Translations under genes and position numbers: made by a program
Notes under the pieces: model-generated
Database searches by the model: none
Told to the model about the DNA's origin: nothing
The model's input: only the letters and a program-made list of their open reading frames with translations
Assembly (NCBI GenBank): GCA_026413805.1
Contig: JAOAKE010000003.1
Span: 1-53,023, forward strand
DNA: 53,023 nt
Reading direction: 5' to 3'
From: Candidatus Micrarchaeota archaeon
GTDB lineage: Archaea > Micrarchaeota > Micrarchaeia > Anstonellales > Anstonellaceae
Shown: positions 15,920 through 25,586 of the stretch, piece after piece
Layout of the letters: every line of letters begins with the position of its first letter
How positions within the stretch are numbered: position 1 is the first letter of the stretch

Positions 15920-16896
15920 TATCGCTTGGTATAGAAAGCACTGCCCACACAATAGGCGTGGGAATTGTAGATTCAGGCAGGGTAATTGCCAATGCAAAAA
16001 GGGTGTATTCCCCGCCAAAAGGGGAAGGGATAGTGCCGCGAAAGGCAGCCGACCACCACGCTGAAAACTTTTCAGCTGTCCTTGCAGAGTCTCTCAGGGA
16101 GGCAGGATTGGGTTTGGGCGACATAGACCTGTTTTCCTTCTCCCAAGGGCCCGGAATTGGCCAGTGCCTTCGTGTATCCTGCGCAGCTGCAAAGTTCCTG
16201 GCTTTGAAATACCAAAAGCCCATTCTCGGGGTGAACCACTGCCACGCCCACTTGGAAATTTCACGTGGGCTTCTTGGCATGAAAAGCCCGCTTTACATCT
16301 ATGTTAGCGGGGCAAATACCCAGCTTATTGTGGAGGGAGATAAAGCGGCAAAAAAGGGGGCACGCTTTTTGGTCCTTGGCGAAACGCTGGACATAGGGCT
16401 TGGAAACTTATTTGATGTATTTGCAAGGGAGGCAGGCATTTCGCCTGCGCACGGAAGCGAGGTGGAGAGGCTTGCAAAAAGAGGCAGTTTCTTCCAGCTT
16501 CCCTACACAGTCAAGGGAATGAACTTTGCCTTTGCCGGGTTGCTCACAGCGGCATTAAAGGAGGCGGAGGCAAGGCCAATAGAAGACGTTTGCCTCTCCC
16601 TCATGGAAGTTTCTTTTGCCGAAGTCTGCGAAGCAGCTGAGAGGGCGTTATGCCTTACTCAAAAAAAGGAGGTAGTGCTGTGCGGGGGAGTTGCGCAAAA
16701 TTCCAGGCTTTGCCAAATGCTTCTCCAAGTGTGCAAGGGGCACGGGGCAAGGTTTGGGACAGCGCCTCCAGATTTGAATGCAGACAATGGCGCAATGATA
16801 GCCTACACTGCCCTTTCAGAGTGGAAGAAGGGAAAGAGGGCATCTATCGGCAGCCTCAGGCCAAATGGCTACTGGCGGATTGATGAGGTAGAATAA
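15916..16896 (+). CDS. kae1: tRNA N6-adenosine threonylcarbamoyltransferase Kae1
   Basis: MISLGIESTAHTIGVGIV.....ANAK.VY.P..GEGI.PRKAADHH......VL.E.L......DID.FSFSQGPG.G.CLRV..VNHC.AH is the Kae1/TsaD pattern. ATGA overlap with the upstream gene. Confidence 0.9.
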   Translation: MISLGIESTAHTIGVGIVDSGRVIANAKRVYSPPKGEGIVPRKAADHHAENFSAVLAESLREAGLGLGDIDLFSFSQGPGIGQCLRVSCAAAKFLALKYQKPILGVNHCHAHLEISRGLLGMKSPLYIYVSGANTQLIVEGDKAAKKGARFLVLGETLDIGLGNLFDVFAREAGISPAHGSEVERLAKRGSFFQLPYTVKGMNFAFAGLLTAALKEAEARPIEDVCLSLMEVSFAEVCEAAERALCLTQKKEVVLCGGVAQNSRLCQMLLQVCKGHGARFGTAPPDLNADNGAMIAYTALSEWKKGKRASIGSLRPNGYWRIDEVE

Positions 16897-17510
16897 TGGG
16901 TTGCTGGGAGGAGGTAATACAAAATCTAATCTCCTGCGGCTATCTTCGCTCAGAAAAAGTAATTCAAGCCATGAGAAAAATCCCGCGTGCAGATTTTCTT
17001 CCACCAGAGGCGCGCCCGTATGCATGCGAGGACCGCCCCCTTCCAATCGGATTTGGGCAAACCATATCTGCCCCCCACATGTATGCAATAATGCTTGAGG
17101 CAGCCCAAGTCCAGGAAGGCAACAAGGTGCTTGAAGTTGGGGCAGGCTCGGGGTATGGCGCTGCCCTTCTTTCCTTTCTTGCAGGGAAAAAGGGAAAGGT
17201 CTATTCAATAGAGGTCGTCCCGCAGCTTGCAGAGTTTGCGCGAAAAAACATTCAAAAAAGCAAGATGCACGCTGTGATAATTGAAGGGGATGGAAAGCAG
17301 GGCTACCCAGAAGAGGCGCCGTATGACAGGATTTTGGTGACTGCTGCTGCTATCAGCCTGCCTGCGCCACTTCTTTTGCAGCTTGCAGAAGGAGGAAGGA
17401 TGCTTGCCCCGATAGGCGGGCTGTTTCAGGAGCTTGTTTTGCTTGAAAAAACAAAATCAGGAATCTTGCAGCGCTCTCTTCTGCCTGTCCTTTTTGTGCC
17501 TCTCAGATAA
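16896..17510 (+). CDS. pcm: protein-L-isoaspartate O-methyltransferase
   Basis: ..RADFLP.........D.PLPIGFGQTISAPHMYAIMLE......G.KVLEVGAGSGY.AALL... Confidence 0.9.
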   Translation: MGCWEEVIQNLISCGYLRSEKVIQAMRKIPRADFLPPEARPYACEDRPLPIGFGQTISAPHMYAIMLEAAQVQEGNKVLEVGAGSGYGAALLSFLAGKKGKVYSIEVVPQLAEFARKNIQKSKMHAVIIEGDGKQGYPEEAPYDRILVTAAAISLPAPLLLQLAEGGRMLAPIGGLFQELVLLEKTKSGILQRSLLPVLFVPLR

Positions 17511-17521
17511 AGGCTGCTTTA

Positions 17522-18520
17522 TCAAAGAAGAGAAACCCTCCTGCCGTCCTTTTTCAAGATTACATCCTGCTCTTCCACTACCCTGCCTATTGCCTGTGCC
17601 TTGATTTTGTGCTTAGAGGCAATTTCAATGACTTTGGCAGCCTCTTTTTCAGGGCATACTGCGCACATCCCGATGCCTCCATTGAAAGTGCGGTAAAATT
17701 CGTAATCGTCGCTGACCTTTCTTTCAAGCTCTGCCATCACGCCCGAGGTCTTTGGCATGCTGTCCAAAAGAAAGCCGACACCTGCAAAATCCCCAATTCG
17801 CTTCAGCTTTGAAAATGCCCCGCCTGTTATGTGCGCCAGCCCATGTATTTTGCATTGCCGAAGCATTTCCATCACAGGCCTTACATAAATCCTGGTCGGA
17901 GCAAGCATCTCTTTGCCCCATTTTTTCAAGTCAAGCAGCTTTCGTGCAAGGGTGTAGCCATTTGAATGGATGCCGGAGCTTTCAAGCCCAATGACCACAT
18001 CGCCACTCTCCATTTTCTCTCCTGTCAGAGGCTCTTTGCCTTCAACTATTCCGACGCAGGTGGCAGCCAAGTCAAAGGGCCGTTTCCCGCCCTTTATCAT
18101 GTCTGGCAAAATGGCAGTTTCGCCCCCCACCAGTGCGCACCCTGCCTCTTGTGCTCCTCGGACAAGCCCCTTCATGATTTCAAGGACAAGGGCCTCGTCT
18201 TCTTGTGCAAGGGCAAGGTAGTCTACAAGCACAAGCGGCCTTGCACCCACGCATATTATGTCATTTACGTTCATGGCAACGCAGTCTATTCCTAAAGTGT
18301 CAAATTTTCCAAGTGCATCGGCCACCAGGATTTTGCTGCCGACCCCGTCGCAGTGAATTGCAAAAATTTGGCCATTTGCCTTGAACAGGCCTGCATAGTG
18401 CCCCTTTATCGGAAGGACGTGCCCAGGCATTTTGGCAAATATGGCTTTCTCTATCGCAGAATGTATCCCCTTCACCTTCTTTGTGTCCACCCCTGCCTCA
18501 GAGTAAGAAATAGTTGCCAT
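17522..18520 (-). CDS. purM: phosphoribosylformylglycinamidine cyclo-ligase (AIR synthetase)
   Basis: MATISYSEAGVD......IH..I...........G.YAGLF......FAIHCDGVGSK.LVA.......TLGIDCVAMNVNDIICVGA.PL is PurM. Start taken at the internal ATG 18520; 18583 is also possible. Confidence 0.9.
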   Translation of the reverse strand: MATISYSEAGVDTKKVKGIHSAIEKAIFAKMPGHVLPIKGHYAGLFKANGQIFAIHCDGVGSKILVADALGKFDTLGIDCVAMNVNDIICVGARPLVLVDYLALAQEDEALVLEIMKGLVRGAQEAGCALVGGETAILPDMIKGGKRPFDLAATCVGIVEGKEPLTGEKMESGDVVIGLESSGIHSNGYTLARKLLDLKKWGKEMLAPTRIYVRPVMEMLRQCKIHGLAHITGGAFSKLKRIGDFAGVGFLLDSMPKTSGVMAELERKVSDDYEFYRTFNGGIGMCAVCPEKEAAKVIEIASKHKIKAQAIGRVVEEQDVILKKDGRRVSLL

Positions 18521-18583
18521 AGCTAGCTTGCATTTGACAAACTTTTTATTATTTATCAGAGTAGCCATGTCAGAGGTGAGCAC

Positions 18584-19117
18584 ATGGGAATAGAAACTAT
18601 ACTATTAGGGTTAGCAGTGGCATTCGGGCAGCTTATAATAGGGCTTGCCTTGGCAATGGGCGCAGTCTATCTCGGGCTTAAGCTGTTTGACAGATTAACA
18701 GAGGACACAAACGAAATTGCTGAGCTGAAGAAGGGCAACGTGGCAATTGCCATCCTTCTTGGCGCAATCATCTTCTCAATTGCCAACGTGATTGAAGGCG
18801 GAGTGTCCAGCATATCCGATTCAATGGTGCCAGGTCTGACTTACTTGCAGATGATTGCCGCATTGGTCATAGGCATCTCAAACCTCGTAATTGGAGTGAT
18901 ATTCTCAGTCTTTTCAATCTACATCGCAATAAATGTGCTGGACAAGATAACTGTCGGAATAGACGAATTCAAGGAGCTTCGCAAGGGCAATGTGGCAGTG
19001 GCAATAATAATGGGCGCTGTGCTAATCTCAGTTTCCTTTGTCATCCGCGGGGCAGTTGCAGGCATGATGAATGCCGTTTCACCGCAGGCGGTTGCTGAAG
19101 CCCTCAACTGGGCCTGA
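18584..19117 (+). CDS. membrane protein with tandem DUF350-like repeats
   Basis: Two ~80 aa repeats each contain ..E(I/F)xELKKGNVA(I/V)AI..GA... flanked by TM helices. Confidence 0.65.
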   Translation: MGIETILLGLAVAFGQLIIGLALAMGAVYLGLKLFDRLTEDTNEIAELKKGNVAIAILLGAIIFSIANVIEGGVSSISDSMVPGLTYLQMIAALVIGISNLVIGVIFSVFSIYIAINVLDKITVGIDEFKELRKGNVAVAIIMGAVLISVSFVIRGAVAGMMNAVSPQAVAEALNWA

Positions 19118-19153
19118 AGCCCATTTCCATGTTTTGTTATTTTTTGAGTTCTT

Positions 19154-20104
19154 TTATTTTTTTAATTTCTTTTTCAAGTTCTCCACCATGTCCTTGCACA
19201 TTCTTTTCAAGTCGTATTCATGGCGCCAGCCCCAGTCTTTCCTTGCCTGCGAGTCATCTATTGACTTTGGCCAGGAATCGGCTATTTTTTGGCGGTGGTC
19301 TGGCTGGTAGTGGCAGACAAACCCAGGCACAAGCTTGGCAACTTCCTCTGCAAGTTCCTGAGCGGAGAAAGAGATGGCGGCAAGGTTGTAGCTTGTCCGC
19401 ACACTGATTTTTTCTGCTGGGGCATCCATGAGCTGCATGGTTCCCCTTATTGCGTCAGGCATGTACATCATGGGAAGGACAGTATTCGGCCCGACAAAGC
19501 AGGTGTATTTCCCGTGCATTATTGCATCGTAAAAGATGGCAACTGCATAGTCGGTTGTGCCCCCGCCTGGCTCTGCCTTGTGCGAAATGAGGCCAGGATA
19601 CCTGACCGAGCGGACATCCAGCCCGTATTTTAGGAAGTAATACTGGCAGAGCAGCTCGCCTGCCACCTTGGTTACCCCATACATTGTGGTTGGCTCCAGC
19701 ACTGTCCTTTGGGGTGTGTTTTCTCTTGGGGTGGTCGGCCCAAATGCAGCAATAGAGGAAGGCCAAAAAACTTTCTTTACCCCGCACTCCCGTGCAATGT
19801 CCAAGGTGTTTTTTAAGCCGATCAGGTTTATGTCAAAGGCAAGGTCAGGGTTTTTCTCGCCAGTTGCAGAAAGAAGGGAAGCAAGCTGGTAAATGGTTTC
19901 TACGCCATGCCTTTTTACCACCTGCTTCATTTTTTCCTTGTCAAGAACATCAAAGTATTCGCATGGCCCGCCCCTGAGTATCTCGTCTGGAAAGGCGGTC
20001 TTCCTTGTAGAAGCCACCACGTTGTTTCCGCCGTATTTCTCACGGAGGGCAGCGGTAAGCTCAGTCCCGATCTGCCCAACAGCGCCAATGACCAATATAG
20101 ACAT
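19154..20104 (-). CDS. NAD-dependent epimerase/dehydratase family protein, L-threonine 3-dehydrogenase-like
   Basis: N-terminal Rossmann motif ILVIGAVGQIGTEL, catalytic YGVTK, and ..GLISHKAEPGGGTTDYA.. typical of the short-chain (UDP-glucose-epimerase-like) TDH group. Confidence 0.7.
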   Translation of the reverse strand: MSILVIGAVGQIGTELTAALREKYGGNNVVASTRKTAFPDEILRGGPCEYFDVLDKEKMKQVVKRHGVETIYQLASLLSATGEKNPDLAFDINLIGLKNTLDIARECGVKKVFWPSSIAAFGPTTPRENTPQRTVLEPTTMYGVTKVAGELLCQYYFLKYGLDVRSVRYPGLISHKAEPGGGTTDYAVAIFYDAIMHGKYTCFVGPNTVLPMMYMPDAIRGTMQLMDAPAEKISVRTSYNLAAISFSAQELAEEVAKLVPGFVCHYQPDHRQKIADSWPKSIDDSQARKDWGWRHEYDLKRMCKDMVENLKKKLKK

Positions 20105-20179
20105 TCTACCACCTGTTTGGGATTTGGGCTAAAAGCAATATAAATAATGGCAGAAAATACTGCACTTCGGGGTGGGAGG

Positions 20180-21523
20180 ATGGAAAGGTTTTTGCTTGTC
20201 GGAAACGGCGCCCGCGAGCATTCAATAGCCGAGGCGATATGCAAAAGCGAGAAGGTGCGGCTTTTTGCCTTTATGTCTGCAAAAAACCCTGGCATTATGC
20301 GCCTTGCAAAAAATTCTGGCGGAGAATACGCCGTAGGAGACATACACTCTCCTGGGCAAGTGCTTGATTTTGCCAAGAGGCACTCAATCACCCTTGCCTT
20401 TCCTTCTCCTGATGCCGTTCTTGCAGCAGGGGTGAGCGACGAACTTTTGAAGGCTGGCATATCCTGTGCCGCCCCTACCAAAAAGGCTGCAAGGCTGGAA
20501 TGGGACAAGGCATACTGCCGCGAACTTCTTCAAGAGTTCAAGGTGCCTGGCCTTCCAAAGTTCGGGGCATTTGAAAGCCCTGCTGAGGCCTCGTCTTTCA
20601 TAGACTCCCTTGGCGGAAAGGTTGCAGTGAAGCCTGCTGGCCTGACAGGAGGCAAGGGGGTAAAGGTGGTGGGCTTTCAGCTCAAAGACGGGGAGGAGGC
20701 AAAGGCATATGCAAAAGAGCTTCTTGTGGCAAGGCACAGCGGCCTTGAAAAGGTAGTGGTGGAAGAAAGGCTGGAAGGAGAGGAATTTTCACTTCAGGCA
20801 TTCTGCGACGGAAAAAGGGTTTATGGCATGCCCCTTGTCCAAGACCACAAGCGCGCTTATGAAGGAGATGTAGGGCCGAACACAGGCGGCATGGGCAGCT
20901 ACTCAGGGGCAGGGAGCCTCCTTCCATTCACCCGGCAGCAGCACTACGACAGGGCGCTTGAAATAATGCAAAAGTCAATAGAGGCGTTCTATAAAAGCAC
21001 AGGAGAAAGGTTTGTTGGCATACTATATGGCGGGTTTATCCTAACAAAAGACGGACCAAAGCTGCTTGAATACAATGCTCGCTTTGGGGACCCAGAGGCA
21101 ATGAACGTACTTGGGGCATTGAAAGGCGAGCTTATTGGCATCCTATTTCAAATGGCAGATGGGAAAATAGCAGCACAGCCCTCCTTTTTCAAAAAGGCAA
21201 GCGTTTGCAAATACCTTGTGCCAGAGGGCTATCCTGGAAAGTCAGTTGCCAACCAACCGCTTCAGATAGACATGGAAAAAATCAGCTCATTGGGAGCAAG
21301 GCTTTACTTTGCCTCTGTCAATGAAGAAGGGGGCACAATTTATACCCAGTCCTCGCGCTCGGTTGCTATTCTTGGGCTTGCAGGCAGCATTTTTGAGGCA
21401 GAAAAAATCGCAGAGGCTGGCTGCAGCGCAGTCAAGGGAAGGGTATGGCACCGCAGCGACATCGGGACTGAAAAGCTAATACAAAGAAGGATTGAGCACA
21501 TGAAAGCCCTCGGGGCCATTTAG
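20180..21523 (+). CDS. purD: phosphoribosylamine--glycine ligase
   Basis: MERFLLVGNGAREH...., an ATP-grasp core, ..GPNTGGMGSY.. and ..LEYNARFGDPE... Start at the internal ATG behind GGTGGGAGG. Confidence 0.9.
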   Translation: MERFLLVGNGAREHSIAEAICKSEKVRLFAFMSAKNPGIMRLAKNSGGEYAVGDIHSPGQVLDFAKRHSITLAFPSPDAVLAAGVSDELLKAGISCAAPTKKAARLEWDKAYCRELLQEFKVPGLPKFGAFESPAEASSFIDSLGGKVAVKPAGLTGGKGVKVVGFQLKDGEEAKAYAKELLVARHSGLEKVVVEERLEGEEFSLQAFCDGKRVYGMPLVQDHKRAYEGDVGPNTGGMGSYSGAGSLLPFTRQQHYDRALEIMQKSIEAFYKSTGERFVGILYGGFILTKDGPKLLEYNARFGDPEAMNVLGALKGELIGILFQMADGKIAAQPSFFKKASVCKYLVPEGYPGKSVANQPLQIDMEKISSLGARLYFASVNEEGGTIYTQSSRSVAILGLAGSIFEAEKIAEAGCSAVKGRVWHRSDIGTEKLIQRRIEHMKALGAI

Positions 21524-22563
21524 CCTTCCTTATGGCCCTTTGCCTGCCTTTTCCAATCATAAATTACAGGAATCTTGAAATTGCATTTCGGGCAGCGGTC
21601 TTTTTTCAGGCGGTTTTCCACCATCTCCATCCCGAACCGCGAGATTACTTTCTCTTTGCACTTGGGGCAGAAGGTGTTTTCGCCGATTTCGCCTGGCCTA
21701 TTGCCAGTATATACATAGTTTAGCCCCTCTTCCATCGCAATTCTTCTCGCGCGCTCAAGGGTGCTGGCAGGAGTGGGCGGGATGGTCATCCTGTTGGCAG
21801 GATAATAGCCGGTGAAGTGAAGGGGAATGTCCCTGTCAAGCTCCCTTACCCATGAGGAAAGCTGCCGGACCTCGTCTTCAGAGTCGTTGAGGGTAGGGAT
21901 AAGCAGGGTGATTATTTCAATATGCATCCTTTTGTGTAGCAGCTTGATTGACTTTAGCACAGGCTCTAAATGCGCCCCGCCGCAAACTTCCTTGTAGAAT
22001 TTGTCGCTGAATGCCTTGAGGTCAATCCTTGCAGCATCCAGCCACTCCATTTTTTCAATTGCGTCCGGCGTCATGTAGCCGTTTGTCACAAATACATTGT
22101 ACAGCCCATTTTTCCTTGCAGCCAGCGCTGTGTCTTTTGCATACTCGTAAAATATGGTTGGCTCGGTGTATGTATAGGCTATGCCATCGCTTTGCGTTGC
22201 AACTGCCTTGCGCACCAGCTCTTCAGGCTTTATGTCCTGCCCGAAGATTTGCGCAGGCTGGCTTATCTCCCAGTTTTGGCAGTGCTCGCACCTGAAGTTG
22301 CACCCAACTGCTGCAAAGGAAAAGGCGCGCGAGCCTGGCATAAAGTGGTAAAAGGGCTTTTTTTCAATCGGGTCTACTGCGTAAGAGACGCACTTTCCCC
22401 AATTGAGCGAATAAAGCCTGCCGCCGATATTCTTTCGGACATGGCAAAACCCAACTTCTCCCTCTTTTATATAGCAGCGCCTCTGGCACAAAAAGCAGGA
22501 AACTGCCTTATTTGGCATCTCCCTGTAAAGCTCTGCCTCCCTCATAGCCTTGCTTTTAGGCAA
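21520..22563 (-). CDS. AmmeMemoRadiSam-system-type radical SAM enzyme (pyruvate formate-lyase activase-like)
   Basis: ..V.CFLCQRRC.I.EG..GFC.VR.N.GG.LY.L.......AVDPIEKKPFYHF.PGS...S.AAVGCNFRCEHCQNWEISQ is the diagnostic N-terminal pattern of this subfamily. Confidence 0.8.
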   Translation of the reverse strand: MPKSKAMREAELYREMPNKAVSCFLCQRRCYIKEGEVGFCHVRKNIGGRLYSLNWGKCVSYAVDPIEKKPFYHFMPGSRAFSFAAVGCNFRCEHCQNWEISQPAQIFGQDIKPEELVRKAVATQSDGIAYTYTEPTIFYEYAKDTALAARKNGLYNVFVTNGYMTPDAIEKMEWLDAARIDLKAFSDKFYKEVCGGAHLEPVLKSIKLLHKRMHIEIITLLIPTLNDSEDEVRQLSSWVRELDRDIPLHFTGYYPANRMTIPPTPASTLERARRIAMEEGLNYVYTGNRPGEIGENTFCPKCKEKVISRFGMEMVENRLKKDRCPKCNFKIPVIYDWKRQAKGHKEG

Positions 22564-22597
22564 AGAAGTAAATAGGCTTTTCTACTAACAACTACAC

Positions 22598-23173
22598 ATG
22601 CAGCGAAAAAATGGGCTTGTGCATGTCCTGACAGGCGACGGCAATGGAAAGACTACTTCAGCAGTCGGCTTGGCAGTCCGCGCAGCAGGAAGGGGCCTGC
22701 GCGTGGCATTTGTCCAGTTTTTAAAAGGCGGTCTTTCAGGGGAAAACCGCTCACTTTCAAGGCTTGGCGTAAGGGTGATAAGCAACACCAAGCACTGCCC
22801 TAACCAAAAAAAGCACAAGCAGCAGCTGGCACAAAAAGGTTTCATAATTTTCTGCAAGGATTGCTTTGCAATAAATGCCAAGGACAGGGAGCTTGTCAGA
22901 AAAGCATTTGAAAAAGCAAAGAGGCTTGCCTCCTGTGGAAAATATGATTTGGTAGTCCTTGACGAGATATTCATAGCGCTGTCAGAGGGGCTTGTAGGCA
23001 GAGGCGAGCTGGCAGGGCTTATAGAAAAAAAGCACCCAAGCTGCGAGCTGGTGCTGACTGGCAGGAACGCTCCAAAAGAGATAGAGGCAGTTGCCGATTA
23101 TGTCTCACATGTAAAAAAGGAGAAGCACCCATTTGACCGCGGGATTCTTTCCCGTGCAGGGGTAGATTATTAA
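22598..23173 (+). CDS. cob(I)yrinic acid a,c-diamide adenosyltransferase-like P-loop protein (CobO/BtuR family)
   Basis: ..GLVHVLTGDGNGKTTSAVGLAVRAAG.GLRVAFVQFLKG..., ..YDLVVLDE...AL..GL......L, ..LVLTGRNAP.E...VADYV....K.KHP...G.....G..Y. Confidence 0.75.
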   Translation: MQRKNGLVHVLTGDGNGKTTSAVGLAVRAAGRGLRVAFVQFLKGGLSGENRSLSRLGVRVISNTKHCPNQKKHKQQLAQKGFIIFCKDCFAINAKDRELVRKAFEKAKRLASCGKYDLVVLDEIFIALSEGLVGRGELAGLIEKKHPSCELVLTGRNAPKEIEAVADYVSHVKKEKHPFDRGILSRAGVDY

Positions 23174-23176
23174 GGG

Positions 23177-24148
23177 TTGCCATTTCCAATCTTGCGCCTT
23201 TTGGTGGTGCGGGTGGAAGCAAGAAGGGCAAATACAGGGCTCATTTACCTCACAGTAAAGCACAACGGCAGGACTCTTCTTCAAAAAAGCCCGGTGAGAT
23301 TCGAGCATGGAAAAACCTTAGAAGAAACAATAGCAGGCCCAGCCCAGCTTGCCTTTGAAGAGCACGAATTAGGTCACAGGATAAAAAGCGTGCTTGGGCA
23401 AAAATCAGACTGGTACCACTTCTTCATATGTGGCCGAGACGGCTCAAGGGCAATGCCATATGCCATTTTCAGGGGAAAAAGGCTCTTTCTTGACCTTAGA
23501 AATGTCCAGCTTGGGGCGCCCTTTGACGGATTGGAGCTTGAGCTTTCCACAGTTTCAGCCAAGTGCGACTTTAAAAAATCAGTAAAGGCAAGGGTTGATG
23601 ATGTATTTGCGCCAAGCGAGATTCTTTTTTACTACTTGGACCATGCGCAAAATATTGCAAAAGCAAGCAGGAAAATGGCGCTGGAGTGCGAAAGATACAG
23701 GGCGAGGGTGCTTGGCCAATTCATACTTGAGGCGCAGGCGAGCCTGCGGAGGCTCAAGTTCCTTTACATGAAGAAGCTTCTTGAAATGCCATTTGAGGTT
23801 GGGTTTGAGCAGTCAATTGGCTTGCCCTGGCCTGGTTTTGAACCACAAGGGGGCGCACCTGCAAGCCCGGAAGAAAAAAGCCACCCATTTGGCGCCTTTT
23901 ATCATTCGCTGCATTCACCCACCATGCTTCAGGCAGGATTTCACAGGCTTTATTTTAGGGCAGAAGAGCAAAGGAAAAGGGAGCGGGCAAGAGTAAAAGA
24001 GCTTGGCTCAAAGGCAACAGCGCAAGATAAAGAGAAATTGGCTTCGCTTGAGGAAGACGTGCGCAAGCGCAGCCTTCAGCTTGAATCCTTGGTGATTAAA
24101 AATTTAGAGCTTGCCCGCTCCTCCCTTGAGTGCCTTCCTGCCTCGTAA
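23177..24148 (+). CDS. hypothetical protein with a C-terminal coiled coil (TTG start, uncertain)
   Basis: 323 aa ORF starting 4 nt after the CobO-like gene. No recognised motif. The C-terminal ~60 aa are a charged heptad-like region. Confidence 0.5.
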   Translation: MPFPILRLLVVRVEARRANTGLIYLTVKHNGRTLLQKSPVRFEHGKTLEETIAGPAQLAFEEHELGHRIKSVLGQKSDWYHFFICGRDGSRAMPYAIFRGKRLFLDLRNVQLGAPFDGLELELSTVSAKCDFKKSVKARVDDVFAPSEILFYYLDHAQNIAKASRKMALECERYRARVLGQFILEAQASLRRLKFLYMKKLLEMPFEVGFEQSIGLPWPGFEPQGGAPASPEEKSHPFGAFYHSLHSPTMLQAGFHRLYFRAEEQRKRERARVKELGSKATAQDKEKLASLEEDVRKRSLQLESLVIKNLELARSSLECLPAS

Positions 24149-24157
24149 AGTGGTGCC

Positions 24158-24847
24158 ATGCATTCTGCAAGCAAGCAAGAGCCCAGCATAAAGGCAGCCA
24201 TATTTGACCTTGACGGCGTGGTGGTTCAAAGCGAGGAGGCGCACCGCCGCACCTTTAACAAAATTTTTTCGCGCTTTGGGTTTCAGGTAGGAAAGGCATA
24301 TTGGAAGAAAAATTACACTGGGATAGGCTCGCGCGCAGTGATGAAAGATGCGTTCGCGCGCCACAGCGTAAATGCCAGTTTAGACTATTGGGTCAGGCGA
24401 AGGGCAGCGGCCTACCGCAGATATGTGCGCAGGCATGGCCTTCCGCTCACTAAGGGGTTTCGCTCTTTTTTGCGATTTCTTGAAAGAAACAAGGTAAAGG
24501 TGGCAATAGCCTCCGGAGGCGAGAGGAAGAACATATATGCTTCACTTTGCGCGACTGGGCTTGAAAGGCTAAAATACGTCGGGGCAGATGACATAAGAAG
24601 GGGAAAGCCCAACCCAGAAATTTTCCTTCTTGCAGCCTCGCGCCTGAAAGTGCCTCCGGGCAGCTGCCTTGTTTTTGAGGACTCCCTTGCTGGGCTTGAG
24701 GCTGCGCAAAGGGCCAATATGAGGGCAGTTGCCCTTGCCACTTCCCTTCCAAGAAAAGAGCTTCTTGGAAAGGCGCTGCTGGTTGTAGGTGACTTCAGGC
24801 AAAAACCACTTTTCAGGCTGGTGGAGAAATTAGCCCTAGGCAGATAG
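24158..24847 (+). CDS. HAD-superfamily hydrolase, subfamily IA (beta-phosphoglucomutase-like)
   Basis: Motif I AAIFDLDGVVV, and later ..IASGG.. and ..KGKPNPEIFL.AA....P..CLVFEDS.AG..AA..A.M. Confidence 0.8.
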   Translation: MHSASKQEPSIKAAIFDLDGVVVQSEEAHRRTFNKIFSRFGFQVGKAYWKKNYTGIGSRAVMKDAFARHSVNASLDYWVRRRAAAYRRYVRRHGLPLTKGFRSFLRFLERNKVKVAIASGGERKNIYASLCATGLERLKYVGADDIRRGKPNPEIFLLAASRLKVPPGSCLVFEDSLAGLEAAQRANMRAVALATSLPRKELLGKALLVVGDFRQKPLFRLVEKLALGR

Positions 24848-25243
24848 CCTTGCCTCTGCCTTTTTGAGCACCTCCTTTGCATTTTTGTAGGTTAGCCTCT
24901 TCAGAGCCTCTTGGTAGGAAAGCCAGGCAAACCCAACATGCTCGCTTGAAACCCAAACCTCCTTTTCCTTTGTGCTTGCCAGGAAAAAAATTACCTCCTT
25001 TTGAACAGTCTTTCCCTCTCGCTTGAAAAAGTAGCCAATCCGCTCCCTGAAAAGGGGCTCAAATTCCAATTTGTAAATGCCTGTTTCTTCCCTGACTTCC
25101 CGCCGGACGGTTTCTTCCTCGCTTTCGCCTTCTTCAACATGCCCTTTTGGAAAATCCCAATGCCCCTCTTGGTAGTGAAGCAAAAGGTAAAGCCTTTTTC
25201 CGCCTTCAACCCTGTAAATCACTGCCCCGCACGATTTTTCCAT
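24836..25243 (-). CDS. NUDIX hydrolase (Ap4A-hydrolase-like)
   Basis: From the internal ATG: MEKSCGAVIYR.......YLLL......HWDFPKGHVEEGESEEETVRREVREETG, which contains the Nudix box GX5EX7REVXEETG. Confidence 0.85.
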   Translation of the reverse strand: MEKSCGAVIYRVEGGKRLYLLLHYQEGHWDFPKGHVEEGESEEETVRREVREETGIYKLEFEPLFRERIGYFFKREGKTVQKEVIFFLASTKEKEVWVSSEHVGFAWLSYQEALKRLTYKNAKEVLKKAEARLSA

Positions 25244-25313
25244 GCATTCAATCCCCTGCAAAGCTTCATAAACCTTTTTTGAGAAGCAAGCCTCAGAAGG
25301 CGACCGTGAGAGC

Positions 25314-25583
25314 ATGGAGTGTGAAAGGCAGCAGGCAGCAAAGCTCACCCCGAAGCAAGTCCACGACAGGCTAATGTCCATGGGGGTTTCAGACCTTGAC
25401 GCAGGCTTGGTAGCCGACTGCCTAAATGTAGGAAAATCTACCACTTGGATGAACAACGACCCAGTTGCAGACAATATAAACGAGCAACTATCTGGCTTCC
25501 TGAAGCAGCACGGCTATGGCTTTGAAATAACAGTCACGCCCTGCCGAGGCAGGTATATCTGGGATGTAAAGAAGCTCCGATGA
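25314..25583 (+). CDS. hypothetical small protein
   Basis: 89 aa ORF filling the gap between the NUDIX and MVD genes. No motif recognised. Confidence 0.35.
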   Translation: MECERQQAAKLTPKQVHDRLMSMGVSDLDAGLVADCLNVGKSTTWMNNDPVADNINEQLSGFLKQHGYGFEITVTPCRGRYIWDVKKLR

Positions 25584-25586
25584 AAA

